A stretch of 64,000 nt of DNA from Takakia lepidozioides. Lineage: Eukaryota; Plantae; Bryophyta. The notes beneath the pieces are model-generated. The model worked only from the letters and a program-made list of their open reading frames with translations. It was not told where the DNA came from and made no database searches. A program made the translations under genes and the position numbers. Positions 13,150 to 24,097 of this stretch are shown here, in pieces. Position 1 is the stretch's first letter. Each line of letters starts with the position of its first letter. The DNA is taken from assembly GCA_030704615.1 (NCBI GenBank), contig CM060732.1, forward strand, positions 14,818,001-14,882,000, given 5' to 3'.

Positions 13150-15358
13150 TCCAATGCAATGTGGACATAACCAATCCCCATCAGGAACCATCTCAAGAGG
13201 TGGAGTCAAGCATCCCATATGCCAACCTCTAGAGCATTGATCATACCACCAGCATGGTGGCTGCCCCTCTAGCAGACCCACACAACATGCACCTCAAACT
13301 TGCAGGTACCATTGCCAGGTTTGGGTCAACCCTTCCATCAACATTTGGAAGGTGACATGGCGCACAATTACGCACATGGTCCTTCCAAATCATGCCATCC
13401 CGACCCTCCAAGATCAGAACTCTTGAGGGCAACACCTCTCGAACCCTCAAAATAATACGTCCTGCAGTCACATCCAAGGTCGTAGGAGCAGTCTGCTGCA
13501 AATAAACATAGTCACCAGGGTTAAATCTCCAAACCCCAGGACGATAGCCCCCACCACGTATGGTAGCATACCTCAACGTATCACGATGTTGTGCAATGGC
13601 AAGGTTCTCAAAAGCCATAGGCATGACTTTCTTAAACAACTCTGCACGCTGATCACATGCACGTGCCCACACGTCCGGATCATCAAGGTTAAGAACTGTA
13701 GCAGCTTCTCTACGAATGGATGTAGGCAAATCCGGCTCTCGGCCAAAGAGAAGAAAATATGGTGAGAAGGAGGCAAGTGATGCTTGCTTGCTGAACCTGT
13801 AGCCCATGGCTAACCAGGGTAACTGAAGGTCCCAATCTCCTAGGTGTCCCTTCTGCAAGCCATACTTGCGCAAACCCCTCTTTACTGTCTGAACAACCCT
13901 ATCTGCCAAGCCATCGGCCTCAGGATGATCCCGAGAAGTGGTGCGGTGGTCTACCAAGGCCTTGTCACACAAAGCCTAAAACTCCCCCAATAACTCTCTC
14001 CCTTGGTCCGTGAGTACCTCAGCTGGAGCACCGAATCGGCTAAGTACACAATCCAAGAATGCATACGCAGCTTCCTCACTAGCCTTATCAGGCAATGGAA
14101 CCAACTCGATCCACTTGGAGAAGTATTCCACCATCACCAACACGTACTTGTTGTGGCGCATGGTTAGTGGCAATGGCCCTGCGAAGTCAAGACTCCACCT
14201 GTAGCCCAATTCCATGATCGGAAGAGGGTGCAATTGTGGAGTAGGGGCGTTGAATGAAGCACGCACCCTGTCACACACCATGCACCTAGCCACAAATTGT
14301 TGCACCTCTGTGTGCATACCACCCCACCAATACTGCCCCTGCAGTAGACTATGAGTGCGTCGCACCCCAAAATGCCCCAACTCCTCATGGGCATGCCGCA
14401 CTAACCGTGCCCGCTGTGTTGGGTGAGGCACAATCCTCACTCGACCATCCTTCCACTCTCGGAGCAGGTGTGTCCCCTCCCACTTGAACCTCTTGGCTTG
14501 TTGTAGGATCCGATCCCTTTCCTTGGCAGTCACAGTGGCTGCCGTGTCTCCACTGCGGAGGTAGTCCAACACAGCTGAATCCTCATGTATATCTTTGGCG
14601 CCACCTTGCTCATTGCTAGCCTCAGGGTCCTCAGACACTTGATCTACCGTCATCTCTGTTGCAGGTCCAACCTGGCATTCCGCTGCCAAGATACACAGAA
14701 ATGCAGATGCATGCCATCCGGGCACCATCTCCTCGTCCGTCTCACCATGCCACCGAGCTCCAGTGTCATCTTGCTGGCTCGTGCATGGATTGCGACTCAA
14801 CCCATCTGCATCTCGATTGACCAAACTTGGTCGATGCACAACCTGAAAGTCATACTCTTGAAGGATGAGTGCCCACCGTGCAAGCTTCCCCGTAAGCTTG
14901 TCTGACTCCATCAACAACTTGAGTGGTTGGTGATCCGTGACAAGGGTGAAGAGATTGCCGTATAGATAGCACCTGAAGTGTGCCACGGCCCACACTGCAG
15001 CTAAGCATTTTCCTTCATATGAGCTATACTTAGACTCTGCAGCGTTGATCAAGCGGCTAGCATAAGCCACTACGAACTCTCTTCCCTCATCATCCACCTG
15101 TGTGAGCACCGCTCCAAGCCCCAACATGCTCCAATCTGTATGCAGCTGAAAAGGACGCCCCCTGATAGGTCGTCTCAAGATGGGCGCCGAGGTCAACCTC
15201 GCCTTGAGCTCTTGAAAAGCTTGTTCTTGCTTATCTTCCCACTGCCACTCCTGGTCCACCTTGGTCAGTTTGGTTAGAGCCTTTACAATGGCACTAAATC
15301 CCTTAACAAACCGTCTATAATAGTTAGCTAACCCCATGAAAGCTCGAACTCGGCTCAC
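13150..15358 (-). pseudogene. RNase H, integrase (HHCC + DDE) and C-terminal PHD finger of B
   Basis: LHTDWS, VTDHQPL, HAHEELGHFG..CMVC, WSLDFAGPLP, LTDQG, HPEADGLAD and CMLCG...; premature stops near 13976 and 13241. Confidence 0.93.
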
Positions 15359-16155
15359 ATCCGTGGGCGTGGAATCTGTGCAATGGACTCTACCTTAGTC
15401 TGCTGTACCCCCAATCCTCCAGGATATATCATGTGACCCAGATACTCAATTTGGTTGTGAAAAAACTTGCACTTCCCCGGATGTAACTTCAATCCGTGCG
15501 CCCTCAAGCGCTCAAATATCACCTGAAGGTGTCTCTCATGCTCCTCCACCGTAGCACTAAAGATGATGATGTCATCTATGTAGCACCGAGCAAACTCCAC
15601 CCCTGCTAGAATCCTGTCCATGACTCTCTGAAACTCTGCCGGAGCGTTCTTAAGCCCAAATGGTATGAACCGCCACTAGTATAGGCAATCCTTCCCGTGC
15701 TCATTGATCCCCCAGAATGTCGTCTTCTGCTTATCCGCCTCCTTGATCAGCAACTGGTGATATCTGGATCGTAAATCCAAAGTGCTAAAGACCTTGGAAT
15801 GCCCAATGGCATCAAAGATCTCCTCTGGTGTCGGCATGGCATACCTATCGGACTTGGTCTGACGATTTACAGGCCGGTAATCACCGCACATACGTCTCTC
15901 CGTCCAATTGCCATAGACATCCTTCTTGGCTGGCATCACTGTGGTTGAAGCATACTCTCCCCCAGATAGCTCCACCAAACCAGCCTCCCAAAGGTCCTGA
16001 GTTCTCATCTGAATCAAGGACCTCTCCATGTCACTATATCTATAGGGTCTCCGAAAGATTGGCGTGTCAGTAGTCAATTCAATGCGAATCTCTTGACCCT
16101 TCAGTGCTCCTAAGTCCTTCAAACTAAAGGTAAAGCAGTTCTTGTAAGCCCTCAA
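15355..16155 (-). pseudogene. Gypsy-type reverse transcriptase of B
   Basis: RMCGDYRPVN, FSTLDLRSRYHQ, MPFGLKNAPAEFQ and CYIDDII; in-frame stop at 15676. Confidence 0.95.
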
Positions 16156-16372
16156 GAACCGCCGTATACGTCGTCTTTCTCCTCCAGTGACTATAGGTCC
16201 AACATCAGGCTCCCAGTTGTCCTCCGTGACTGCAACCTTGAGTCCAGCAGGCTTAGAGGTAGAAGACGCGTCTCGTGGTTGCTATGCTGCAACCTCTTGA
16301 GCAGTGACCACTGCCTCCTCTGTCAGTGACAATGTCTCATCCTGCCCTATCATCCCATCCTTGAGGACCTCC

Positions 16373-17827
16373 TCAACCAGAGAAAAAATCCCCAACCTCA
16401 TCCATCACGGCCGCCTTGGCTGCCAACTCCTTTTGAACCTCGAGCACCTCCCACGTGTGCCATGGATGCGGCCTGCACCTCGTGGTCCTCACCTGTTTGC
16501 CCCCACTCGCTGCCTGTACCGTCTCGGTAGGCAGGGAGACCATCAAGGGAAGTGTACTCCGTCCTCGGTGCTGCTCAGCCATAGCCAAGCTGATAATCCA
16601 GGTCAAGCAATTGAGATCCATTGCTTGCCCCAACACCTGACGACGTGATGCCTCAAAAAGAGATGGCACCGCCGTGGTACCAGTGGTAAAACCCATCGCC
16701 CGCTCGCGCTCGTCAGCATTGGGCTCCACTAATTGGTGCAACTGGCTATCCCACAAGAGGCCAGGTCCACCATCCCGAAAAGCATGGGATCCTGGAAAAC
16801 TGAGCAGTGTAGGCAATGTGGCTCGTGGGTGACCCACCTTATTGACCACTGCCAAAGGTGATCGGTCATCGTGTCTCACACGCTGAGACTGTCTCCATCG
16901 CTGAGACTGTCTCCCTATGTCCAAAATGCTATCCACCGTCAGGTGTGGTGGCCTCTGCACCCCATCAAATGCACGCTTGAGCAGTGCAGGTGGCATCAAG
17001 TTGGTCCACCATAGTCGTGGGCGATGAGCCCGTGACCCCACTGCAGCTACATCCAGCAACACTGCTAACCCAAGCCAAGACCGCACTTGATGCACACTGG
17101 CCATCACCTTGGCCCGAGAATCACCCATCAATGGCAGATTCTCCAAGATATATGCTAGAGAGTCTGTCTGCTGAAGTTGTAAATAGCGTAGGACCCTCAA
17201 CATTTCCCAAAACAGGCGTGACCTTGAGTTGTGTAACCTATTGCCATGCCCGGCTGATGAATGCCCTTGGCAGGGCCAACCTGCCACTACCAAGTGAATA
17301 GGGTCAACCCGCTCCAAACCATGCGCCCCCAGCAAAGAGATGTCTGCTGGCAATGCTTGTTGGTATCCACGAACTGCAGACACTGGCAACAAATCAGGGT
17401 ACTGCTGCACCAATTGAACAACATGGCGCAGTGAGACGCGTCGAGCAGTCTCATCCCTCTCCACATATAGGTAACGTTGAACTCGTACACCTGCCTGCAG
17501 CACTGCAGCCAATCTAGTGCTGATCCCGCCAAACAAGTCCAGAAGGCATTTGCCTTCATCCGGGCACTGCCACACAAGAGGTGTGGTGTCCAATGGCGAC
17601 AACTGAGGTGAACCTAGTGCAATCACCGCACTCTCCTCCTCTCCTGACGGTACGAAGGCCTCTACCCAGGCTTGTTGCACCTGTCTATCAGCAGCCTGCT
17701 GCAAATCCTTGCTCGTACCCCACAATGGAGTGTGAGCAACCATGGCAAGCAACTCCGCCGTACCATGCATGTCATCCTGCTCTGCTGGAGGTGGCACATC
17801 CTCTACATGGCCATTGCCCTCCAGCAA
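16373..17827 (-). CDS. DNMT3-like C5 cytosine methyltransferase domain within pol of B
   Basis: Motif I LDLFGGI, II YVERD, IV AGWPCQG, VI ILENL, VIII AHRPRLWWTNL, IX ERERAMGF and X LGQAMD, in canonical order in one open frame. Confidence 0.93.
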   Translation of the reverse strand: MLEGNGHVEDVPPPAEQDDMHGTAELLAMVAHTPLWGTSKDLQQAADRQVQQAWVEAFVPSGEEESAVIALGSPQLSPLDTTPLVWQCPDEGKCLLDLFGGISTRLAAVLQAGVRVQRYLYVERDETARRVSLRHVVQLVQQYPDLLPVSAVRGYQQALPADISLLGAHGLERVDPIHLVVAGWPCQGHSSAGHGNRLHNSRSRLFWEMLRVLRYLQLQQTDSLAYILENLPLMGDSRAKVMASVHQVRSWLGLAVLLDVAAVGSRAHRPRLWWTNLMPPALLKRAFDGVQRPPHLTVDSILDIGRQSQRWRQSQRVRHDDRSPLAVVNKVGHPRATLPTLLSFPGSHAFRDGGPGLLWDSQLHQLVEPNADERERAMGFTTGTTAVPSLFEASRRQVLGQAMDLNCLTWIISLAMAEQHRGRSTLPLMVSLPTETVQAASGGKQVRTTRCRPHPWHTWEVLEVQKELAAKAAVMDEVGDFFSG

Positions 17828-17949
17828 CTCCAGGCCAACTAACTGCAGCTGTGAAGGCTGCTAGTGTTGGCATCTTGCTCCGTTGGGCAGCAGCAACACC
17901 CCCAATGAATGTCATAGGGAGTTGTACATGACGACCATCCCCTGATTGT

Positions 17950-18401
17950 CATCCAGGCCTGTAGGATGCTGACTCCTCCCAAAAATCCAGGGTGAAGCCC
18001 ATGGGATATAACACTGCCCCACCAACGAGGACATTGTAAGAGACCGCATCTGTCACAATGGCCTTGGCTCGCATCACTGAGCCATCTATAGGATGATCCA
18101 GCTATAGTCTAATGGCCAACTCACGCCGTGTCATGCCCCGAGCCTGCTCTGATCCTCCCAGAGATGTCTGTATCTGGAAAGGACAAGGCTCCATATCCGC
18201 CTCCATGAGGCCCAAACCTGCAATAGTAGCTCTGCCCAACATCAATGGCTGAGCTCCCGAGTCCAACAAGACCCGCAGTGGCCGGTACCTCTTGCCTGCC
18301 GGTCCACTCAAAGATAAAATGCCATCCTGGTTGTCTAACAAGACAATTCCAGGTGTCACCATGGCGCGTTCAAAGGCTGGCCTAGCTGGCAGCTCCGTCA
18401 A
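17950..18401 (-). pseudogene. Aspartic protease of B
   Basis: RVLLDSGAQP; premature stop at 18102. Confidence 0.88.
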
Positions 18402-18416
18402 CCTGGCAGCTACAGC

Positions 18417-20322
18417 TTACCATGGCGCAGCCGTGGCAGTCTTGACCCTCAAATCCAAGGATCCCTCTGCCACTACACCCTCCACTAACTCCGCAGAAGA
18501 TGAAGTGACCTCCCCACTCTCGCAAAGTGTTGCTGCTAGTCTGAACACTGCAGCTGGTCTTACCCCCGGCGTCGCGATCATGGTTGCCGAGAACAGTGGG
18601 GCCTGATACACAGAGGTGGCTGCCCCCAACAACACACTGGCTGCACTAGCCTTGGCAGCAAGTGTCAGTGCTGCACGTGTAGCTCTCCCCAATGGCACAA
18701 TAACGGCCTCTGTATCTGTCGGGCGAGAACTAGGTGCCATGGATGTCGTCAACACTGTCTCCCCCAAGATGAATGATTGAGGCAACCTAGCCTGACGGCT
18801 TGCATCCCCACGCTGTGGATCTAACCCCACCTCTGCACCTCGTGGCTCAGGAACTCTTGCTGCTCCTCGAGTGACGGCTGCAGTAGACTCCACCTGCACT
18901 AGTGGTAGTGCTGCCCCACACATAAATCCCATGCCTCCCATGTCTCCTCCGTCAGGATGACGCTGCTGAGGAGGAACAGGAGGTGGACCCTCACGTCTTG
19001 GAGCTGGTACCACCTGAGCTGTGGCCATGCCAGCAAGCCTTTGCTCTAGTTGCTGAAGTCGGTTGGCCATGCCTTGGTCAACTCCCTGACCTCCACGTCC
19101 TTGGCCATACTGTGCTTGCCCTCATCCTACACCTCGTGCCTGACCACCTCGTCCTCTCTGAGGTGCTCCAGCTTGCTCTCGGCCACCATTGTTCCCTTGG
19201 AACCGGCCTTGCCGCAACTCAGGGTGCAAGTCATAACACTGGGCATCTCCATGCCCATACTTGCCACAATGCCCACACAGCAACTATGCAGGCTGTGCTT
19301 GTGCCGGCCTTTTGCCACTCTCTGGGCAATCTTTCTTGACATGGGGTCCTCCACATGTCCAACATATCACCCCTGGTTGTTTGGCTTGCAAAAGATGCTA
19401 CTGGCCTCTGCACCTGAGGTCCCATATAAGCTCCATGGAATTTGGGTTGGGAAACCTTGCCCCCCTGACCACGCTGTTGGGCAGTCCCTTGTGCCTGTTG
19501 GCTGGCAGCTGCGCCTCGTGCAGGCATGTCCTTGCCAAATCCAATGGTAGCAACTCGCTCCTCCACCATGTTGAGCTCAATCCGCTCAGCCAGCAGAACA
19601 CATCTGCTAATGTGGGTTGGGCTGCTTGTAACAGGGTTGCATCCCGCACCCTTCTCCTTAGCTCCTTATCCAAAATTCCATACCAGAACTGGATTGCTTG
19701 AGCTTCAGTAACCCCTAGGGTCACACTTATCAAGCGCCTCATACGAGTGTAGGCATCTCGCAAGCTCTCACTGGATTTGCGCTGGAAGTCTTACAAACTT
19801 TGCAGCTTCTCTGTCCGTACACCTTGGTAGTTCCTTCGCAACTCCTGGAAGAACTCCACCACCAGGTTGAATCTAGGCACATGTGCTGTAGTCGTGGCAG
19901 GAGGAGTAGTAGCACCTTTTGAACTGGTACCATCTGCAGAAGTACCGACACCACTTGTTCCACTACTAGTGCTGGCAGTGGGAGATATCTGCTACTGGTC
20001 GCGTTGTGCCTCGAGTAATGGAGACGTAGTCAGGTGACCAATACATCCTCCACTCCTCAATCTCTGCTTCATGTCCTCGCCTGAACTCGTGGTAATCGTC
20101 CATAGGCGGGCCTTCCAAATGCTGGAACAGTCCCTTCCACGCCATGAATGGGGTGAACAGTTGTGGATTGCGCATCTGCTGCAAATCACACCAGCTGTCG
20201 AACTCCTGGATAAAGTCATCCAGCTCGATTGTGCCCACAGCTCCAGAGTACCTACGAGGCCCCTTGGTAGCTCCATACATCTCCTCCATGTCATCCCACA
20301 ACAATGGCGAATGAAACTGCAC
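18417..20322 (-). pseudogene. Gag of B, multiply frameshifted
   Basis: Fragments 19966-20322, 19398-19763 and 18417-19070 are homologous to A gag. Confidence 0.88.
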
Positions 20323-21023
20323 ACATGTTGATGAAGCCTCCGAGTCTGTGTCTGACTCTGCACTAGTTGAGGGTAGAGGTGAAGGTGGTCGAAACGAACA
20401 CCTTGTCTGGTGAACCCACTCTCACTGCTACTGCCTGTAGCCGTACTCCCCTCAAAACCCTTGGGTAACTCTGTGATGACACTCACAACCCGCACCTCCC
20501 CCACGTGACACTATAAGGCTCTAGTACTAATTCTAATAGTGACACGGGTGAGCACCTGTTGCGGATTAAGGGTCATATCCCAGTGGCTAAGGGCCCTTGC
20601 ACCTGCATCCACCGCAAGAACTCCTATGGTTGGTTGGTCATCAACCCAGTCTCACCATAGAAGAAACACTGGTGGTCTTGCTGGTCATCACTCCAGCCTC
20701 ACCACCGACAGCATACTCTAGGATTGACCGGTGATCAAATCTGGCCTATCCCTATGAAAGCAAGCGCCCACACAAAATCAACATGGCGCACAGTCAAGCA
20801 TGCAGGTGTTGGGGGGGATCCAAACACAAGAAATCAAAACATCAACACCCCCACACCAAAATCCAGCTGCAATGCTGATCCTGCAGAATATCCCAGCCCA
20901 AAACCCCGGACTGACTGGCCTCCACCAAGAGAGGCTTTGGCAACTACGAGTACAAGATAATGAAAATAGTACAGAGATGGAGGGGAAGAATAGAAGTTCG
21001 CCCAAGCAAGATCTAATCCTGAT

Positions 21024-21773
21024 CTATGCTATCAACTTCCAGACTTCTCTCCAAGTGCCTCGCTCTGCGTGATGGTAAGGTGTAGGAGGTATATCTATGT
21101 CCAGAAACCTGCCACTAACCTTGTCCCAAGCTACAGTAGCTCGCTCTAACCAACCCTCCCCCTCTTTCTGCCAGGTAGAGACAAAGCAATACTCCCCTAT
21201 CTCCCGCTCACTGAACACTAAAGAAAATAAAGGTAGGGTCTGACAGTCTCTCAACTTGAAAGCTTTGAGACGGTTGCGGGTGTCCTCATTGCGAATGATT
21301 GCATCTCCTTCAAGCAAAACAAACTTTTCATTGCTAATGAAGCCCCGCTCGTGGTTGCCTCGTGTAGAGCGTGTCCGGCTGCAACCATGTCTGATTGCAA
21401 AAACTTGTGTAGCTCCTGCTCGTCTGCTCCAGTACACCACGGCCTTGTGGCTGAACACCTTGGTCCCCGGGGCTGTCTTTGGCTGTGTTCCAAGCCTAGC
21501 TTCCACCCACTTTGGTATTTCACCTACAGCTGCAGAACTGCTTGCTCCAACAGAGTTCTGACTGTCCAAAGCAATATTGAGGCCCTCAACGCCAACTACA
21601 GCAGTTTGTTGTCTATTGTTAATGTCTGACTCCCAGTATGCAATCAACTCGTCCAACTGCTCTCCACTCAAATCAGTCTGAGCCCCTTGAGAAACATAAA
21701 TCTTGTCCCCTTGTGTGCACAGGCTAAGAGAAGAGACCTGCCCTTCAATTACGTCCTCATTTCCCCCAGCCAT
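21024..21773 (-). CDS. Extra ORF upstream of gag in copy B
   Basis: Homolog of 3983-4774. Confidence 0.7.
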   Translation of the reverse strand: MAGGNEDVIEGQVSSLSLCTQGDKIYVSQGAQTDLSGEQLDELIAYWESDINNRQQTAVVGVEGLNIALDSQNSVGASSSAAVGEIPKWVEARLGTQPKTAPGTKVFSHKAVVYWSRRAGATQVFAIRHGCSRTRSTRGNHERGFISNEKFVLLEGDAIIRNEDTRNRLKAFKLRDCQTLPLFSLVFSEREIGEYCFVSTWQKEGEGWLERATVAWDKVSGRFLDIDIPPTPYHHAERGTWREVWKLIA

Positions 21774-22083
21774 ACAAGGAGGACATCCACAGATTTGTCT
21801 CTCATGTGAACCACAACAGGTTCTAGAAACAGAATTGTGGATCTTTCATAGCACACTCACACTCACACTCAAAAAATCCATAGATTTTTAGCAGAGTCCA
21901 AAAAAAACTAAAACCAGGTCTAGATAGGTAGATTTCCCCTTTCTGCAACTATCCCCCCAAAAACTGAGTCAAACGAAGTCCATTTGACAAAGTTATGGCC
22001 AATTAGGCTCTAAATCATTTAAATTAGATCAAAAGGGTTTTTTTTTTTTTTTTTTTTTTTAATTCAAATTTAAAAATTCAAAT

Positions 22084-22200
22084 GAAGGTGAAAAGTTCTT
22101 TGGAAACTTCCCCTATCCTTACATGAATGGACTTCTCCACCTGGGTCATGCTTTCTCTCTGTGTAAGGTGGGGTTTGCATCTGCTTATCAGCGTCTGAGA
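22084..22200 (+). pseudogene. Captured cytosolic leucyl-tRNA synthetase fragment (HIGH motif region)
   Basis: Manual translation [39 protein letters not shown]. Confidence 0.85.
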
Positions 22201-22941
22201 GAGCGGCAAGAAGCAGGGTAGGAGAAGCAGCAAGTCGCAGCGGCGGTGGCTGGAAGGAACGGTGCACTCCGTGCGCTAGCCAAGCGAGTGTGTGATGCAC
22301 AGCAGGTGCTCGAGGCGAGTGTGGAGGAGATGTCGGAGTTCAAGCGCGGCCGGCTTGTCAGCAGCTTGGATATATAGGAGCTGGTCTCATATGCACACAA
22401 AATCAGCTATACTACATTTGCCCCACCTGAATTTGCGTCAGGTTTAGTCCCGATGCGAAGTGCCTTGCCTCCTGCCCCCCAGGATGAGCAAATGCATGCC
22501 TCCATGCTGTATCAAGCCGATGGCCTGGATTTGGGTCTTCCCAAATTGGTAGCTCCTGTACCCTCCCCGCTTGTACCCACTGAAGATGCGGTAGTTGTGA
22601 AGGTGGAAGGGTCTGTCACAGCACTGGAACCTGTGGTGCCTGCGGGATGGCAGCCTGGGATGCCTGTTCAGCTGCTGTCAGAGCTACCGCCAATGCCAAC
22701 AGGTTGGAAGATTGGTGATCCCATTCCATTACCCCCGGGTTTGGATATGCTCCCTTTGCCTCCAGGGTGGAAGGCTGGGGATGCTGCTCCAGTTTTTGCA
22801 GGCTTGCGGCCCAAAGCTCCCGCTGCCCCCGCCCCTGCACCAGGAGTCATTCACGTGTCATTTGTCCAGCTCGACCTCAATCTTGAGCTGGAAGATGACT
22901 TTGGCAGTGACGAAAGCAATTCAGAAGAAGATGATGAGTGA
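22201..22941 (+). pseudogene. MED4: Captured Mediator subunit 4 C-terminal region, intronless
   Basis: YAHKISYTTFAPPEF..ALPPAPQDEQMHASMLY..DLGLPK, PAGWQPGMPVQL and an acidic tail; two in-frame TAG stops. Confidence 0.85.
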
Positions 22942-23139
22942 TTTGCGTTTTTCTACTGCTGCATATCAAATGTTACTCGAGAAGGCAGGAGCTGAATCCT
23001 AGCACCACCCTGCCCATTCTAGCCTGTACATCCTCGTCAGCAGCTATCTTGGCATCTGCGCTTGTTGCTACCTACGGTGCTTCTCCGTTATCAAGCCATG
23101 GCTTGTTCACAGTCCCGCTCAATCCATTGCTCGATTAAT

Positions 23140-23445
23140 GCGGCTGCTGCTTCTGAGCCTTGTTGACCTGTATGTATGAAATGACGAGCGTGTTGACAGC
23201 AAGACCCTTCACCTCAACATTGCTCTTTGTTTTCTTCAACAATCCAAGCAAGAAAGTAGCATACTTCACAGGCCATCGTCCCTGTCCATTAGAATGTCGC
23301 AACTTCGCTTGAGCTGTGCGACGAACACCGCCACAGAAACGGCGGAAATGAATCGTTTGTTTGTAGGCGAGCACATCTTCCAAGTACCGCTTGGCCTTCG
23401 CAAGCTCAAAGTGCTTGATTGCTTGTGCTGCTTCTCTGGTGTTCT
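23140..23445 (-). pseudogene. RPL17: Captured 60S ribosomal protein L17 (uL22) internal fragment, intronless
   Basis: [54 protein letters not shown]. Confidence 0.9.
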
Positions 23446-23747
23446 AATGCATTGCAGCTGCGGCTGACGAGTTGGCAGATCACATGAACAAAAATGCCAG
23501 AGCCTGCACAATGAAGAAAGTTGAACAAAGTCCGCACTGGAACTCTACTGTTGATGATGCGCTTGACATCTTTCTAACTAAAGATTACCTGAACACAAAT
23601 AATCACTTCTCTGTCTCCAACCAGCTTGTCACAAACATGATCTACAAACCACCATAATTTTCTTCTCTCACTTTCAAAACAAAAACCACAAGTGCTAAAA
23701 CTAAACTCACCTCTGGCACTCACAGATGCAAGCTCATCTCTCTCGAG

Positions 23748-24097
23748 TGATTGAAAACTAAACTCACACTGTTGACACAAGGACATGAAATACAACACCA
23801 TCACTTGTTAAACTAAGAGTCGAGCCGGGGGCACCCCAAGCTATGGGGACTCCACCCCACAACATCCTATTCTCCCTTCATAAGCACACTCAGATTCTAA
23901 GCACTGAAGGAGCTCGGTCGTGCAGGCTCAACTCGAGAGAGATGAGCCGCACGACTGACGAGCTCGTGAAGATAAGATGGTTCAGGTGTCAAGCTAAACT
24001 TGACACCTGACTTAACACTTGAACTAATTCCAAGTGTTAAATACAAATAACTAGATTTATTCTAGTTAGTTTCACACTGTGTTTATTTAACTTGACA
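23748..24097 (-). repeat. 5' terminal repeat X1 of B (350 bp)
   Basis: Matches X2 (12454-12799); no Y repeat adjacent. Confidence 0.93.

Larger units (their letters stand above)
12367..24097 (-). mobile_element. Ty3/Gypsy-like DNMT+PHD retrotransposon, copy B, full length, split direct repeats
   Basis: Termini TGTC...GACA. TSD TTGA at 12363-12366 and 24098-24101; removing B restores the PLE RT frame. Domain order gag-PR-DNMT-RT-RH-IN-PHD. Confidence 0.95.

Noticed and set aside
16880-16915. 18-bp tandem duplication in B DNMT (RQSQRW RQSQRV)
   Set aside because: Absent from C; an in-frame slippage event in the variable region.
23950-23975. Hammerhead-like CTGACGA...GAA in X1
   Set aside because: No GAAA or stem II, and not conserved in A (CTGCCGC) or X2.
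12367-24097. DIRS/PAT/Ngaro assignment because of split repeats and a methyltransferase
   Set aside because: No tyrosine recombinase seen; it has a protease, HHCC-DDE integrase, PPT and TSD, and the MTase is C5-type.
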